Shown here piece after piece: positions 48,597 through 62,200 of a stretch of 64,000 nt of DNA; within the stretch, counting starts at the first letter, position 1, and the number at the start of each line of letters is the position of its first letter. The stretch spans positions 62,001 to 126,000 of the forward strand of contig JBEWZL010000163.1 in NCBI GenBank assembly GCA_045837725.1, in the 5' to 3' direction. Both the position numbers and the translations under genes were made by a program. Source of the DNA: Vermamoeba vermiformis. Lineage: Eukaryota. Under the pieces are notes generated by a model, which saw only the letters and a list, made by a program, of their open reading frames with translations, made no database searches and had not been told where the DNA came from.

Positions 48597-51429
48597 CTAC
48601 TTGCTCTTGTTGTATTCATCGAGCATCGCTTTCAAAGCATGCGACGGAATAACTTTGACAGATCTCATCGCCTTGTTTGTCACCGGAGACAGCTTTGATG
48701 TTTTGAACCACTCTTCAATAGCACTGCGCTCGTACGTGTGGCCGTCATTAGCTTGCACTGGATCTGTCATTAACTTCTTGGTGATGGGGCAAATTAAAGC
48801 ACTGGGCGGTTCTTTACTTGGTTCATAAACAGCGGACTGCTATCAAATGCGTCAATAATATAGTTAGTTAGTAGTGTAGTATCTTACCTCTGCCGTCGCC
48901 TTATACACCGCACCAAAGGGATTGTGTTCGCGCCGCAACACTTCAATGGCCTGTATGAGCTTCGATCGATCGCCTAGCGCTGCAATTTGCAATGTGTTGG
49001 CGAGATCGGATTTATCCAGCAGAAACAACTCGATTCCTGTAATCTGCAAAGGATTAGCTAAAGTAGTCAATACAACTTGACTTACTTCGTGATATTTAAA
49101 CACCTCTTCGTGCTCGGCAAAGTTGCTTTCATACAACCAACGACACACTTGGTCGTTATCCCAATCCAAGACTGGTGGCAAGTTGCCGTAGATATCTTTG
49201 CCGGACTTCACCATGAGAATATACACCTGCAACCTTTTCGCTTGCTGGAAAGTCATCTTGAGGTCATGCATTAGCTCGGCAGTGGTCAAATTCACCAAGA
49301 CTGCTCCGGTGATGTTATTCTCTTCGAAGGCAGGACCGCAACCCCAAACTTGTATTTCGTCCAAAAATGTGATGACGTCGTTCACTTCCCACGTTGTGAT
49401 GCTCTGTTTCATCTTCTTATTCCAGGTTTTGAATGCTTCATTGTTTGTCGACTTCAACGTCTTCGTGTTTTCCAAGTTTTTCAACGCTTCGGCATGTCTG
49501 TCGCTGAGTTTAATCGCATTGGCTTCTTTAAAAAGAAATCCTTCGGCTTTTTTCTTGAATTCTCCTTCTAACTTGGCAATTTTCTGATTCAACAAAGTTC
49601 TTTCGAGTTCCAGATTTCTCCTCATCTGTTGCATTTGTTCGATTGGTCCTAGTAGATCTCTCGTTTGATTGCACGCTTGTTGTACTTTTCCGTTTAGCTT
49701 CTTCAGGCTCTGGCCAAGCGTTTTGAAAAATGAATTGTACAAAACATTCATTTCGTGCAATCCAAATGGCTCTGGTACGATTTTGTCAACCGAGATTTCG
49801 GGATATTTCTCCAGAAAATTAAAGGCCTCGTTCCTATCCCACCAATCGTCCAGTTGGAAAACATCCAGTTTGGAATAATCTACGCCATCGTCATCAGCGC
49901 CGTTTTCGGGTTTTGGCTCCACGAACTGATTGTTATTGTTGTCGTTTGCTGTCAGGTCCTTGTCTACTACTTCGACATCGCTGACTGCCGTCGGGACGTC
50001 TACCGCAGGTTTCATCCAACTCTCGTTCAGACGATTATCCAACTCCTCCGTTGCCTCCGAAACTTCTTCATTCAACTGCTGCAGATGTCGTCTCTGTGCT
50101 AGCACATTATGAAATGAGTTGATCACTTCCTGCGACACAGGATTGCCTGGTTGCGCGGTTAGTTTAGTACTGTACATTGTTAATTTATTATTCCGTACCC
50201 GTGATGTTAATGAATCGTATATTCCGCTTGCATTTGACAACTGACATGAGTGCAATGACTCCGTCGTATCCGATATTAGTATCTACACTTAATTAGTACT
50301 GTCAATTTAAAAATGTCTGTACTTGCTCTTTAAGTTTATCCCTGCTAAAGATTCGTTCTGCAGCACGCCTGTGACTAAATGCTTTGCCCCGAAGTCCAAC
50401 AGGTTGTTTCCTATTAAATAGATTAGCAAGTTTAATCGCAACTGCAGCTACTTGCCAGATAAGCTCAACACTTTCAAGGACTTGTTCGACGCCAGTGCGC
50501 CGGAGATGAGAACGGCTGACTCGAGCTTGTTGTCTGCAACGGATTTAGATTCATTCATTCATTTACTCTGCTTAAACTTACGTCCGAGGTAGAGCTCTTC
50601 TAACGTGGTGCTCGCTGCTAACGCCTTCGCGAGGTAAGCTTCTCCTTCGTTGATATTATTTTCTGCATGGCGTTAATTAATACGTGCCCTTCGTATTTTT
50701 ATAATCTCCTACGTTGCAAGTACAGGGCCGTCAGGTTTGACGTGATGATAGGCTCGATAACCCAGTCCTCATTCAACGTTAAACCATTACCTAGCAAAAA
50801 TTAGACTTGCTGTAGCGAACTGAACTGAACGCATTTACCTCCGAGTTTTAATGTCGTCAATGTTTTGTTTACCTTCAAGAAGTTAAATACGAGCTTTGCT
50901 CCTTCGTCCCGCAGATTGTTGCCTAGCCAACCGTTAAAAACTGAAAAACGTCAGCAATAGTTAGTGCTTACCATGCAAATCGAGAGTGTAGAGATTCAAT
51001 TGATTGCGCAATCCTCTAATAATACCTGACAAGCCCTTCGCTCCCAAATATGCGCCTATTCGATCAACAGGTGTCAACTTTTGTCGTGGTTAGAGCTGGA
51101 TCGACTTACCGTTGAACGTCACTTCTTGCAGGGAGGACGTGGAAGCTATTGCCCCTTCGAGAATAGTCGCTTGCTTCAGATCAAAAACATCGCCTGCATT
51201 ACAAGCGTTAAAATAAAGACGCGTACAAAAGTTCAAATTACCGTCCAACGTGAGGCTCTGTAGCGAAGAATCGATAGTAAACCGCTTATTTTTATCGAGA
51301 TAGCGCCAACAATCGTCGATGGTAGCGCTAACTAAATTAGTAAATGGCTCCACAACCCGTCACTTGAACTTACGCAACTCGACGGATCTCTATGCTTGGC
51401 GCGGTTTTATCCTCTGTTGATTTTGAATG
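48597..51429 (-). CDS. LRR - coiled coil - SAM - SAM - U-box E3 ubiquitin ligase
   Basis: RNI-like LRR exons at about 50270-51270. SAMs TWEVNDVITFL..FEENNITGAVL and DWDNDQVCRWL..ITGIELFLL. U-box LICPITKKLMTDPVQANDGHTYERSAIEEWF..SPVTN. The start codon is tentative. Confidence 0.85.
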
Positions 51430-51827
51430 ACTCGTCTTAGCTTTCTTTGCAGGCGGCAACGGAGCGTTTTGATCGGCTTTTCTCTTCATGGTAGCCTTGC
51501 TGCGTGGCTTGTCAACGGATTCCGGTTGTCCAATTTTCTATTATTTGTAAGGTAATACGCAACATTAAACATTGTTGAATATAAATTGCCAGACTTATTT
51601 AAGCGATAGAGAATAAAAGAAAAATTATTTAAATTCTCGAAAAAAATAGAGAAGTACGAGCAGCAAAATATTATTACCTTGAATATGAACTGCTAATCTA
51701 TATATATTTAAAATAAATGCAAAATGGTTAGCAGTGGTGCTCTGTTTGTTTTGAATTCACAATTTGCTTTTGGCGCGACTTTGCTGAATGCCTCTTTTTC
51801 TTTTTTTATTGTTTCCATAATAATATT

Positions 51828-52560
51828 ATGAGCACATTCGGAGGAGATGCATGGGGCCCGTACAATATCCATAATAAACGCGTAGTAAGTCTACGGAACC
51901 TTTGACGAGTTGGATCTAACAAAGTTTCTTTTAATTTATAGCGTCAAAACACCATTCTTCAAGGAATTGGCGAAGGTACTTGCTTAATCAATATTATTTA
52001 TCAAGCTTAAGAATTATGGCGTACATCTAATCTCACGTTTGAATATTTGTAATTGCTAATATTTTTAAAAATCAGGAGAAGCCAAAAGATTGAGTAATGG
52101 GCAATGGGTAATATCTAAATATTAGTGTTATACTCATATAAAATATTAACGAATTTTTCAGGCTTGTTTGGTGTGCCCTTCAAGGCCCGTAATGGATACG
52201 CCCGAGATGCTGGCTGTGCATCGCGGCGGAAAGAAGCATTTAGCACATTATGAAACACATCAACAGACGCACAATATTGTTAGTACAAACAACGATAAAA
52301 AACGACGACGTGACGGTGAAGATGAAATTGAATCCGAAGAGAAAAATCAGCCACGTAATAATAGCTACAGAGAGCCACAAGTAGGGCCGATGATGGTACC
52401 GCGCAACGTTAAAAGACAAAAAATACTCAATAACGATGGGAATATCAACAACAAAGCTTCTGAAAACAGATCTGGGTTTGGTCAGCTTCCATCAAGTTTG
52501 AACGCCAAGAATAGCGATGTTAATACCAAAACTGTCTCAAATGTAAATACTAAAATGTAA
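51828..52560 (+). CDS. SCNM1: SCNM1-like zinc-finger protein (minor spliceosome factor), apparently short at the C-terminus
   Basis: Spliced MSTFGGDAWGPYNIHNKRR..GEAKRLSNGQWACLVCPSRPVMDTPEMLAVHRGGKKHL resembles the SCNM1 motif GRFACAICPHRPVLDTLAMLTAHRAGKKHL. Confidence 0.8.
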
Positions 52561-52614
52561 ATACTTCAATTTTGTATCAAAAGGCACAATTTACAATTTA
52601 GATCACCGATCCGT

Positions 52615-55368
52615 TTATCTTTTCTGCTTGTAAAAAGTAACAGCAGTATTTAAAGGCTGCCATACTGATCTCAGCACAGCTTTGCTCTCGTTATCTTTAC
52701 ACGTGGCACGTAATTTCTCTACTTTGTCCATTAAATTCATCATCGAAGTGACGAGTCGTTTAGTCTTCTCTTTGGCTTCATAGCTTTGCGAGTGTTGCGA
52801 GGCCCAAAAGTGCCGCAGTACTTCGGATGACGTGCTGAATGCTGATTTAATTGCTTCATTCAATTGGAACGCACTAGTATGGCCTGCGATACGTTAGAAC
52901 ACACGCGTCATAAACTACGCAAAGGTACGCACCAGTGCCTATAAACAGCTCGTTGTTGATGTCCTGTGCAAGCTCGTCTACATTTTCAATCTTCACAGTG
53001 TTGCTATTCAGCTTGGACAAGTCTTTCTTGAACACTTTGAGGAAGTCTGACGAGGCCTTTGACGAGAGATTAGCACATAACTCGTGCAAAAAGACGAACT
53101 TACCTTGTCCTTTGCTTTGGCTGTAGTCTTAGGAGCCAGTCCAAAGTACTGTTGAGGGCTAGAGAACGGCAGTGACAGCTGTGGCAGTGTGACTTCGCTG
53201 CTCTCATCCTCCAACTCGTGCCACGTGACTTTCTCTTGCATAAGCTTTCTGTAGTTGGGATTTGATTGGCTTGCATCCGTGTTGCCGTCTGTTTTATCAT
53301 TTGTGTTGTCACTCGTAGACTTTGCAACACCGCTGCTCTTTTCAATGGCCTCACTCATGCGGACCTCACTGAAGGCACGTGTCAACTAACCTATTGCAAG
53401 TAATAATATTTACTTACGCCGTGTCCGCTATAGCATCAGTAGCCGAGTTTGCAAATGACTCGAGTACGTAAGCACCGTGGCGATTGACTTTCGCGATGAG
53501 TTGATTGGCCAGTGTATCTTTGACACGCACTTTTTTACCACGTCTGTCACGCAATAAACCGATATTTTTCTATAAGGGAATCAATTTTAATGTTCAAATC
53601 CATTATCAAACGGTTCTTACCTCGTCATTTTCATCGTCTTCGAAAGTAATGTTCAATGTCGGATCTATTTCTTTCAATCGCTTGTTCGTTTCTTCTTTAT
53701 CTAATACAGCATTAATAAGAATATAATAAATTGGTTGCGTACCTTCAGTCGGGACGTCATCAAAGATTCCTTTCTCTTTCTTGATCTGCACTTCCTCTTT
53801 GACCTCTTTTTCAGCTTTGCCATTCTTATCGTCTTTTTTCTTCATATAATGCGACTGCAAGAATTTGGTCCAAAACTCAGCCTCGGTAAGCTAAACAAAG
53901 TATGAGTATATTCAAAAGTGTTCCGTTGATGGATGTGCCACGCTTTACCTTATCGGGAACATTTCTCTTGTAGGCAACGCGAACTTCTGGGAACTCGACG
54001 AATATTTGTTGAATGATAGGCGGCGTTAGTTTGAAGTGCACGTTGTCTTTGGTTTGTTTTGTCGGCTGTAAGATCGACATGAGGATTGATTGCTTGTTGC
54101 CACTCGACGCACTCAAGAAACTCGACGAAATTCCGACTTGTTGCGTCACTTTGTCGGTCGACTGCACCGTATTATTATTGTTATTATTCTCCTTGTCAAT
54201 TTCCTAAAAACAATTGGATCAGCTACAAACTATCGACTACTGTAGTTATATATCTGCCAAATGTACTTACCGCCCTTGATTGCCAAAATTCTTCTTCGCT
54301 TAAAATTCCATTCCCAACAATCTCGTTGTATATCTCGCGTAGGACTGGATCCGCGTTTAACTTCTGTTTTCGTTCTTCGGACTTCGATTCTTGTTTGACT
54401 CTTTCAGCAGTCAAATCGATAATAGGCACGTGTTCTGTTTTGACTTTTTTCTTTGGTGGAGCCGCTTCGCTCTCAGATTCAGCCTGTATGATACCATAAC
54501 GTTAGCAGCCGAAAATATAAGCATTCGAAACGGCATATATCGTTATTGACGCATACTTTCTTCTTCTTGTTGGTGCTTTTGGGCTTTTGAAAGTCGTCCT
54601 CATCCGGATCCACTTTCTTTTCTTCTTTCTTGTCTTGTGGCTGTTGAAATTTTGGTAGAATTTGCGACAATAACTCTCTGCACGTCGCTAGTAACAATAA
54701 TTAGCTGCGTTCGAGACAATGATAGCGAGTCATCGCGATACCTTGATCTTCTTTTGCTGAATCTGACGTAAATTGAAAGACGAACGACGGAGACTTCGGA
54801 TCCTCGCCAAGTTGTATCTTAATTAATACTGCTGGACTGCCTGCAGGGCTCACCATGAATTCTGGGAATTTATCGCGTTAGTTTAGCGGATTAGTTGACA
54901 AATTTTCTGCACACGCTCAGAAAAGCTCAATAGGAATTTAAAAAAATAGGATATATTAATGATATTATTTCGCAATAATTCCGATTGTAAACTCTTGTTC
55001 AAGAAAGGCAAAATAAATTTGTGCAATTTAACCGGCCTGCTGCATTAATCTCGCTGCGTGATACTAGTGTGTAGTATTACGTAATAATTGAGTGATTTTT
55101 GTTAACTTACTTTTAATATTGTCTAAAGGCAAGTACAGTATCGAGATGCCGGAACTGCTCGGCTCCCAGATGAGCCTCATATTCGATAGGTTTAGCGTGC
55201 CATTCTGTTTTTTTAGCACAGTTATCGCTGTAAATAATATTTCTTCATTATCTTTCAATTTGATCTGTTTGTCTCCCATCTGCTGCACAAAAACACTGCC
55301 ATAATAACGGACACAACCCTATTCAACCAAGCCACAGACACAAAACGGGCAATCTAACATACTTTCAT
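52615..55368 (-). CDS. TFB1: TFIIH p62 subunit (PH-like domain + two BSD domains), multi-exon
   Basis: KKQNGTLNLSNMRLIW, LREIYNEIVGNGILSEEEFWQSR, LTPPIIQQIFVEFPEVRVAY..EAEFWTKFLQSHY, KVNRHGAYVL and EVLRHFWAS. Confidence 0.9.
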
Positions 55369-55858
55369 TGCACTACAGCGCAAGGTTAGTGCTCGAAGCC
55401 CGAGCCAATAGCATTGCTCCCGAGTTTTTGGGATCTAGAGTCGTCCAATTTTGGTATAAACACGAATATTCGCGAACAATTTTCGCTCAAGATACCACAC
55501 CACATTAGCAATAACAGGATACAGTTTCGGTCAGCGGAATCAAATGGTGTCTCAACATTTTAGAATTTGTTATTGAAATCCGAATCCTTGTTTAGGTAAG
55601 CACCCTTCTTATTTAAGAAATAGAATAATATTTAAAAATAAAAATCAAATATAATATTTTCACGATCAATACCTTTTAATAATTGCCCCCTTGCTGAGGC
55701 CATTAATTTTTCTTTTTCGCGATATTTTGCGCAACTGTCACGAACCTTCTTCGTGATAGGCAGCGTGCAATTTATATAATGAAAAGAATGTATTAATAAT
55801 ACCTCACTACAGTGTAGACGCCACATTGGGGATTTCAGACCCATCCGCCTAAAGCAAG

Positions 55859-58800
55859 ATGATCAGTTCTTACATCACAAAATTGCAATCCAATACAATA
55901 GAGGACCTAGCATTAAGCACCCCACCGACTCAAGAGCGCGCTGAAGTATTGAACGAGTTTTTGGTTGCACTTAGAGCAAACACATCCCTTCGAACAGTAT
56001 TCTTTTTTGATATCAACCCTTCATCGTATTTCGATGTAATACTTCAAAATCTATCAAATCACACGAGGCTGACGAGCTTGCGCATATTGGGTCCCGGACA
56101 GCCTTTTGATCTACGACATCTGCTACAACTTCTACAAAATAATCTCCAGCTGCAGCTGCTCGTGCTACAAAGCTGTAGTATTGGTGACGAAGAAGTTAAA
56201 AGCATCGTAGAGGCTCTTTTCCAACATCAGCGGCTCACATCTGTCAATCTCAGCAAGAACCACATTACAGATCTAGGAAGCAAGCACTTGATTGACTTTC
56301 TGACTGGCAAGCCTTCCATCACGAGCATAGACCTGTCTTTCAACCACCAAGTGGACAACACTGCCGTAGCACATTGGGCAAGGTTGTTGCGGCAATCCAC
56401 GACATTGAACAACCTGAATCTGAACAACAACAATCTCGGCAACAAAGCCTTCGAACTGCTAGGCGAAGCATTGGCCTCGAATGCATATTTAAAGACAATA
56501 GGACTATGCGATATTGGTGGAGACTACGGCGACAATGACATTTCATCTTTTTTGCACGCGCTCGGGACCAACTCTTCGTTGACCAGTCTCGACTTGTCGT
56601 ACAACAAGCTGCGCCAAGACGATATAGCACTGTTGGCAGGAACACTTAGAGCTAATAAGAGCCTCACTGAGCTCAATCTGGCTGGCACATCGCTGGACGA
56701 CAAAGACATAAAAGTGCTCACCGACGGCCTCAAGTTCAACCGTACATTGCACGTGCTCAACTTGGACTCGAACAATTTTGCAGGAGAAGGCTTGCAGGCA
56801 CTCGCGCTGTTCTTAAGGAGCAAGTGGTGCTCGCTGAAGAGCTTGTCCTTGGCCGAGATCCAAGACGCAGAAATCAACGAAGGCATTGGTAACTTAGCTA
56901 CAGCTCTGCGGACCAATACGTCGCTCACATTTTTGAAAATCAACAACGATAAGTGCGACTTCAAACAATTCAGTGCGCTCATGGATGCGCTGCGGACGAA
57001 CACAACGTTGCTCACATTGGATATTTCAAACTTTGTCAGCTTGGCTCAAAAAGATGAAATCTTGCTCGTAGCTGAGAGTTTAGCGGCCAACAAAACATTG
57101 ACTGACATTAATCTCGACACTACGGGAATTAATGACGCGGGCGTGGGTCTACTTTGCAGCGTGGCGCGAGACCATTGCAGTCTGCGACACATCAGTCTAC
57201 ATTACAACATGATCACAGAGGCCGGTGCCAAGCTATTGCTACTCACTATGCGGCTCAATTCACGGCTCTCGTTCGAAGGCATCGTCATGAACCCGTACAT
57301 TGACGCTGAATTTCGCAAGGAGTACCAAGAAATCCATCACTGTTTCAAGAGCAAGAAACACGCCCTCGCTAACCCTCACTTCACGCCGTTCCACTACGCA
57401 GCCAAAAAAGGCATTGTGAGTGCGTTCAGATATCTTTTTGGCAAGGCTGACAACCCCAATATGACGTGCACTTACGGACTGTCACTTGTCGACTACGCTG
57501 GAATCTATGGTCACGCAGCTATTCTAAACCTACTGCTTAACTTTGGTGCCTATACTCGCGATGCTATTTTGCTCGGAGTAGATCGAGCGCAGATCACATC
57601 CGCAACTCACGTGGACAACGCACTTTTCACACTCGACGAACTGTGTCAGCAAATCGATGCAGTGCTGCAGCGACCAGTCACAACAGCTACGCGTCTCAAG
57701 ATGATCAAGTGGCACCGCGCAGGCTCCTTGCTCCTGTCACTGTGGCAGCGGTGCAAGTTGTCGCCAATGCTGAACGAGATCTGCACTCGGCATGCGATCT
57801 ACGAGCTCGGCAAACGATTAAAACTGAACGAGATGCTGCCGTCATTGCAACAGCGGTATCAGTTCTATTGTGGACAGGCTGGTGGATTGGTCGTGAAGCG
57901 GTACTTTGACGGTCAATTGCCCGCCCACATTCAAGCTGGATTGACCCCGCACTTCGCGGTCATGTTAATGAACAAGTGGAACCAATCATATCTCGCGTCT
58001 ATTGATGTAGCTAGACACTTTGAAGCGGCCTATCAAAGCTTCGTGTTCCACTTGTGGTGGGTCAAGCAGATCCCGGAACGGTTTAACGAAGCAATCGAAA
58101 CGAAAGTAGTCGTAGCGATTATTAGCCTAGCACAGCGTATAAATGAAGCACCACAATTCTTGCGTCAAATCATGCAACAGAAGAGTTCCACCATGTCACC
58201 TGGATCCCCTGGCGAACTAATCGCTGGATCTGTTTTGACCGAGCTGCGAACTCGGTATCGTGATGGTAGGTGTATTAACCTCACCGAGAACTATGTTAAT
58301 GTCACCAAATAGGTCAATTGCCCGTGGAAGAACGAGCTGTGTTTGAGCGTGAAGTGTTGTACCCAATCTTCCAAACCACCGCTGGACTGAACGAAGCGTT
58401 GCTCGAAATGCGACTACACGCCGTATCACACGTGCTCACTGTCGCACTGCAGCAGCCACAAGCACACGCAGCACTCATCTTGGCATTGGTCCAAGAGCTG
58501 GACGTCGATGTCGTGCAGATGAGTCACATGCCGTACGGTGATCACGTGGCCGATTTGATCCACGAACAAGCCTTGCTGCTCATGTTGAAGGACTGGCGGT
58601 TCAACAAATTCACGGCCAGAGAGTCGCAAGTGATGCAAGAAAGTACCTTGCCGCAACTGTCATCGCGTGTCGTGCAGCTCCGTCGCAAGATCTTCCCGTC
58701 ACTGATCGATTTGACCGTGCAATACCTCCGCTTCATCAATTTCGAAGAAGAGCAGGCGAGTGCACGTGAGATCCTAATCCAAAGTCTGGACAAAGTGCAC

Positions 58801-59052
58801 AATATCGATGACTTGGCTCGCGTGCTGAATGCACATCCGGACTACGAAGGCATTCTGAGCGATGAAGTCAAAGATGAAATTCAAAAACAACTCACGTTCA
58901 GTCAACAACTCAACTCGCATCCACTCGTCAAACAATTGTTGCGTGAGAACAGCGAGTTAAAAAAGCGACTCGACGGCAACAGAATGATGCGCATTGACAG
59001 CATGGATTCCATGAGCGAACGAGTCGAGGAAATGACTGACGCGAATTTTTAA
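55859..59052 (+). CDS. RNI/NLRC3-like LRR array + ankyrin repeats + helical C-terminal region; single intron near 58266-58312
   Basis: Repeated L..N.SLT.L.L..N.I motif and ankyrin TPFHYAAKKG / LVDYAGIYGH. The intron restores RYRDG|QLPVEER. Confidence 0.85.
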
Positions 59053-59252
59053 ATCACATGTAAACTTGTAACATAAACGTGTAAATTAGGCGCAATCTCA
59101 CTTTCGCGGTAATTTGACCCGCAACTAGGATGCTATTTGATACATGCAAATATTATCAGCCTGTTGATTAGTGTCCATCGATGTCGTTCGCCAAAAACAA
59201 ATGAAAAGTGTGGCTTCACTGGGTGATTGTTTTTTCAACTTTATCAGCGCTA

Positions 59253-62200
59253 CTAATAAGCAAGCGAGTTCTGCGTTGCAAACAATGGATCTTCGCTCTC
59301 TTCTTGAATCAATTTGTATTCGCGCAGTTCTTGTGCTTTGAGTCGCGAGATCGAATCCAACAACCACTGTACACTTAGGGCCTCGCGACCTGTCCTTATT
59401 TGCAACTCTTTAATCTTATCTACATCGTCTTCATTGCTATAATATCGATAAATAGACGCATTAATAAAAGAAATGTATGATTAAAATATTTTTCGTTCAT
59501 GAACGACTTACCAAATAAGGAAAGAGGTCGGATTTAAAATCTCTTTCATCGAGGTCGGCAATGAAGGCTCCTCTTTGAGTACTTTGCCGCCAGCCAATCG
59601 AATTAACGAGGCTAATTCACTGAAACTCGGCAGCGGTGCTTCAAATTTTCCATAAAAGTAAAATTCGTAGCCTTTCAGCACTGGTATCGCTTCATTTTCC
59701 TTTTTAGGAATATTTCGTGCGCGTTCAGGCGTACCATTAGCCACTGCATCGCCATTAATTTCAAATTCTTCTTCGTCAAGCCACTTGCCTTCAGCTTGCG
59801 ACCTTAAAATCCCTAAAATGTCTATCAATATTATTTCCTAATTTGGTAAATACTGCTTACATTCAAACGAGACGATCCATCGACCTTTGAGCAGCGCGGT
59901 CAAATACTTTATCGTTCGACTGGCTTTATTATCCTTATTTGGCAATATCACCAAGTGACTATCGAAGAATTAAATAATATAATAACAGTAGCAATATTAA
60001 GTGCTTACGTGAATGGTTCATTTCCATCTTTGGCAATAGATCCGCCGAGCTTTGTGGTCAGAGCAATAATTTGAGTCTGTTACATTAGGTCAATACAACT
60101 CCTTTAGGCAATGATATTATTAACACGCACCAACATAGTACTCTTCAGCCCGCTGCCTAATATCATCGGACTCTTCTCCGTTGCTGAATTTGAATTACTA
60201 TAATAGGAAATATTAGTCAGATCCACACTCGTGCAACACTATTTTAACGTACCTCTTATGCACAACAACGTCTTTCTCCTTATTTGTCGCTGTTATACTC
60301 GAAGTGTCGAGCACTAATTGCGTCTGTTTGGTCTTCTTCGGTGATTTTTTCTCTTTTGTCGCCGTGGATGTGCTCGGTGATTTTTTCTTCTGTGACGCGC
60401 TGTCATCCACTTGCATAGGCTCAACAACACTCGTACTATCATTGGCACTATTGGTATTATTCACATCAGCAGTAGGCTTCGTCTTCGTTGGACTCGTGCT
60501 TTTGACACGTGTCAAGGGTTTGACAGGACTGCTCGGATTGGACTTGGGTTTGGGCGCGGGCTTCGCAAAGTTGTCAAATGTCGTTTGCACCGTGCTGTCG
60601 CTGCCTTCACCTTTCTTCCTTCGTTTAGGGACCCAGTCACTTTCATCGCCCGCTGCTCGTTTTCGTTTTCTGGTCCACGTCTTTGACTTGTTTTCGCTGT
60701 CATTCATCAACTCGCTGTCCGTTACCATCATTTGCTCGCTGATGTCATGCATCATTTCATCGTCCTCGTGCACGACAGTATTATTCACATTGTCAGTGTT
60801 ATTATTATTTACATCGTCGGCATTGTTATTCTCTTTATTAGTCGCGTCATTCTCCTTGTGCACAATGACGTCCTCATGCGATTTTTGTTTGTGAAAATTC
60901 TTCGTCGGACTTGGCGGCCGTTGTACTGTCTCTTCTTCAGCTGACACGACCACACCATCATCTGTGGACTGCGACGCTGATTTTTTTTTCTTGGGCGAGG
61001 TGATCCACGGCGGTGAATTGTTGCGCTGTGGTGGCTCCGGTTTGACACCTGTCAAAAAAGTCAGTTAGCGATGCTATAAATAGATATTCTGCGCGTACTC
61101 TTCAGCACGGGACTGTTATTAGAATTTAATACAGTAGGCAGTGCTGGCTGCGGGGCTGGTGGCGGAACAACTTCGACTGGTGGCACCACTGAGCCTGGCT
61201 CTTGTTTGATTTTGACAGCAGTACTGCTAGGCCTGTTCAAATACGTTAATAAATCACGCGTATTAATTGACATCTAATCAGCACTCACGCTGAACTGGCA
61301 GATTTTTCTTGTTTAATTTTGACGGCTGCTGGCTCTTCTTTGACTTTGACAGTTGTTGGTGACACTTGTTTCTTATCACCAGCATTATTATTGCTAGTAT
61401 TGCTATTATTATGAGTGGTCTTTTGCTCTTGAGAACTCTTGCGCGTGTTATTTTTGTTCTGGTTTGATTTGTGACTCGTGCTGTTCTCGCTGTCACTGTG
61501 GGATTTTTCATCGCTAGAATTGCTGTCAGTCGATTTCTTTCCTTTTTTGGTAATTTTTTTCTTGGTGTCTTTCGCGCTCTTCGACTGACTCTCGCTGTGA
61601 GAATTTTCTTCTTCAATTTTTTTCTGTTTCAATCTCTTTTCTCTATTCTCCATGCGAACCTCGTCAAATACTCGCCTCCTAATATAGAATTAATTCATGA
61701 ATTATTCGTTCATGAACGGTTAAATATACCTTCTCGCCTTTGGTATAAATTTCTCGAGGTTCAGATATTCCGTTCTAAAGTCACTCAAGGGACATTCGCC
61801 GACATAAACCATCGTCCACCGCTCTTCGGGTTTGAAATTTGATGGCACGCAGCCGATCCGTGGACATACCTAATTAGGAAGTCAATCTCATGAATTGATT
61901 TTTTGGATCTGACTTACAGCTTCGAACCAAAGATCAAATGATGAATATTTCTGATCGCCATATTGTATCCATCCGTCTTTAGTAATAATTCCCTCTTCGC
62001 CTAACATATTCATCGCGGATCCAACGGGCAAAATTCCTGAAAAATAAATGTCAATAATACAAATCATTTGACATCAATTATTAATACCTGTATTTAATAA
62101 ATCTGATATTTCTACAGTCTCTTTATTCTTCTGCGAGTGTCTAGGACTGCGCCTGATTTTGTCTTCGGCCAGATCTAAAGGCTGCAATGATTTTTTCTCG

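Noticed and set aside
60304-60894. 196-aa hydrophobic plus-strand ORF, and similar antisense ORFs elsewhere
   Set aside because: It is the antisense shadow of a Lys/Asn/Thr-rich exon of the BRCT gene.
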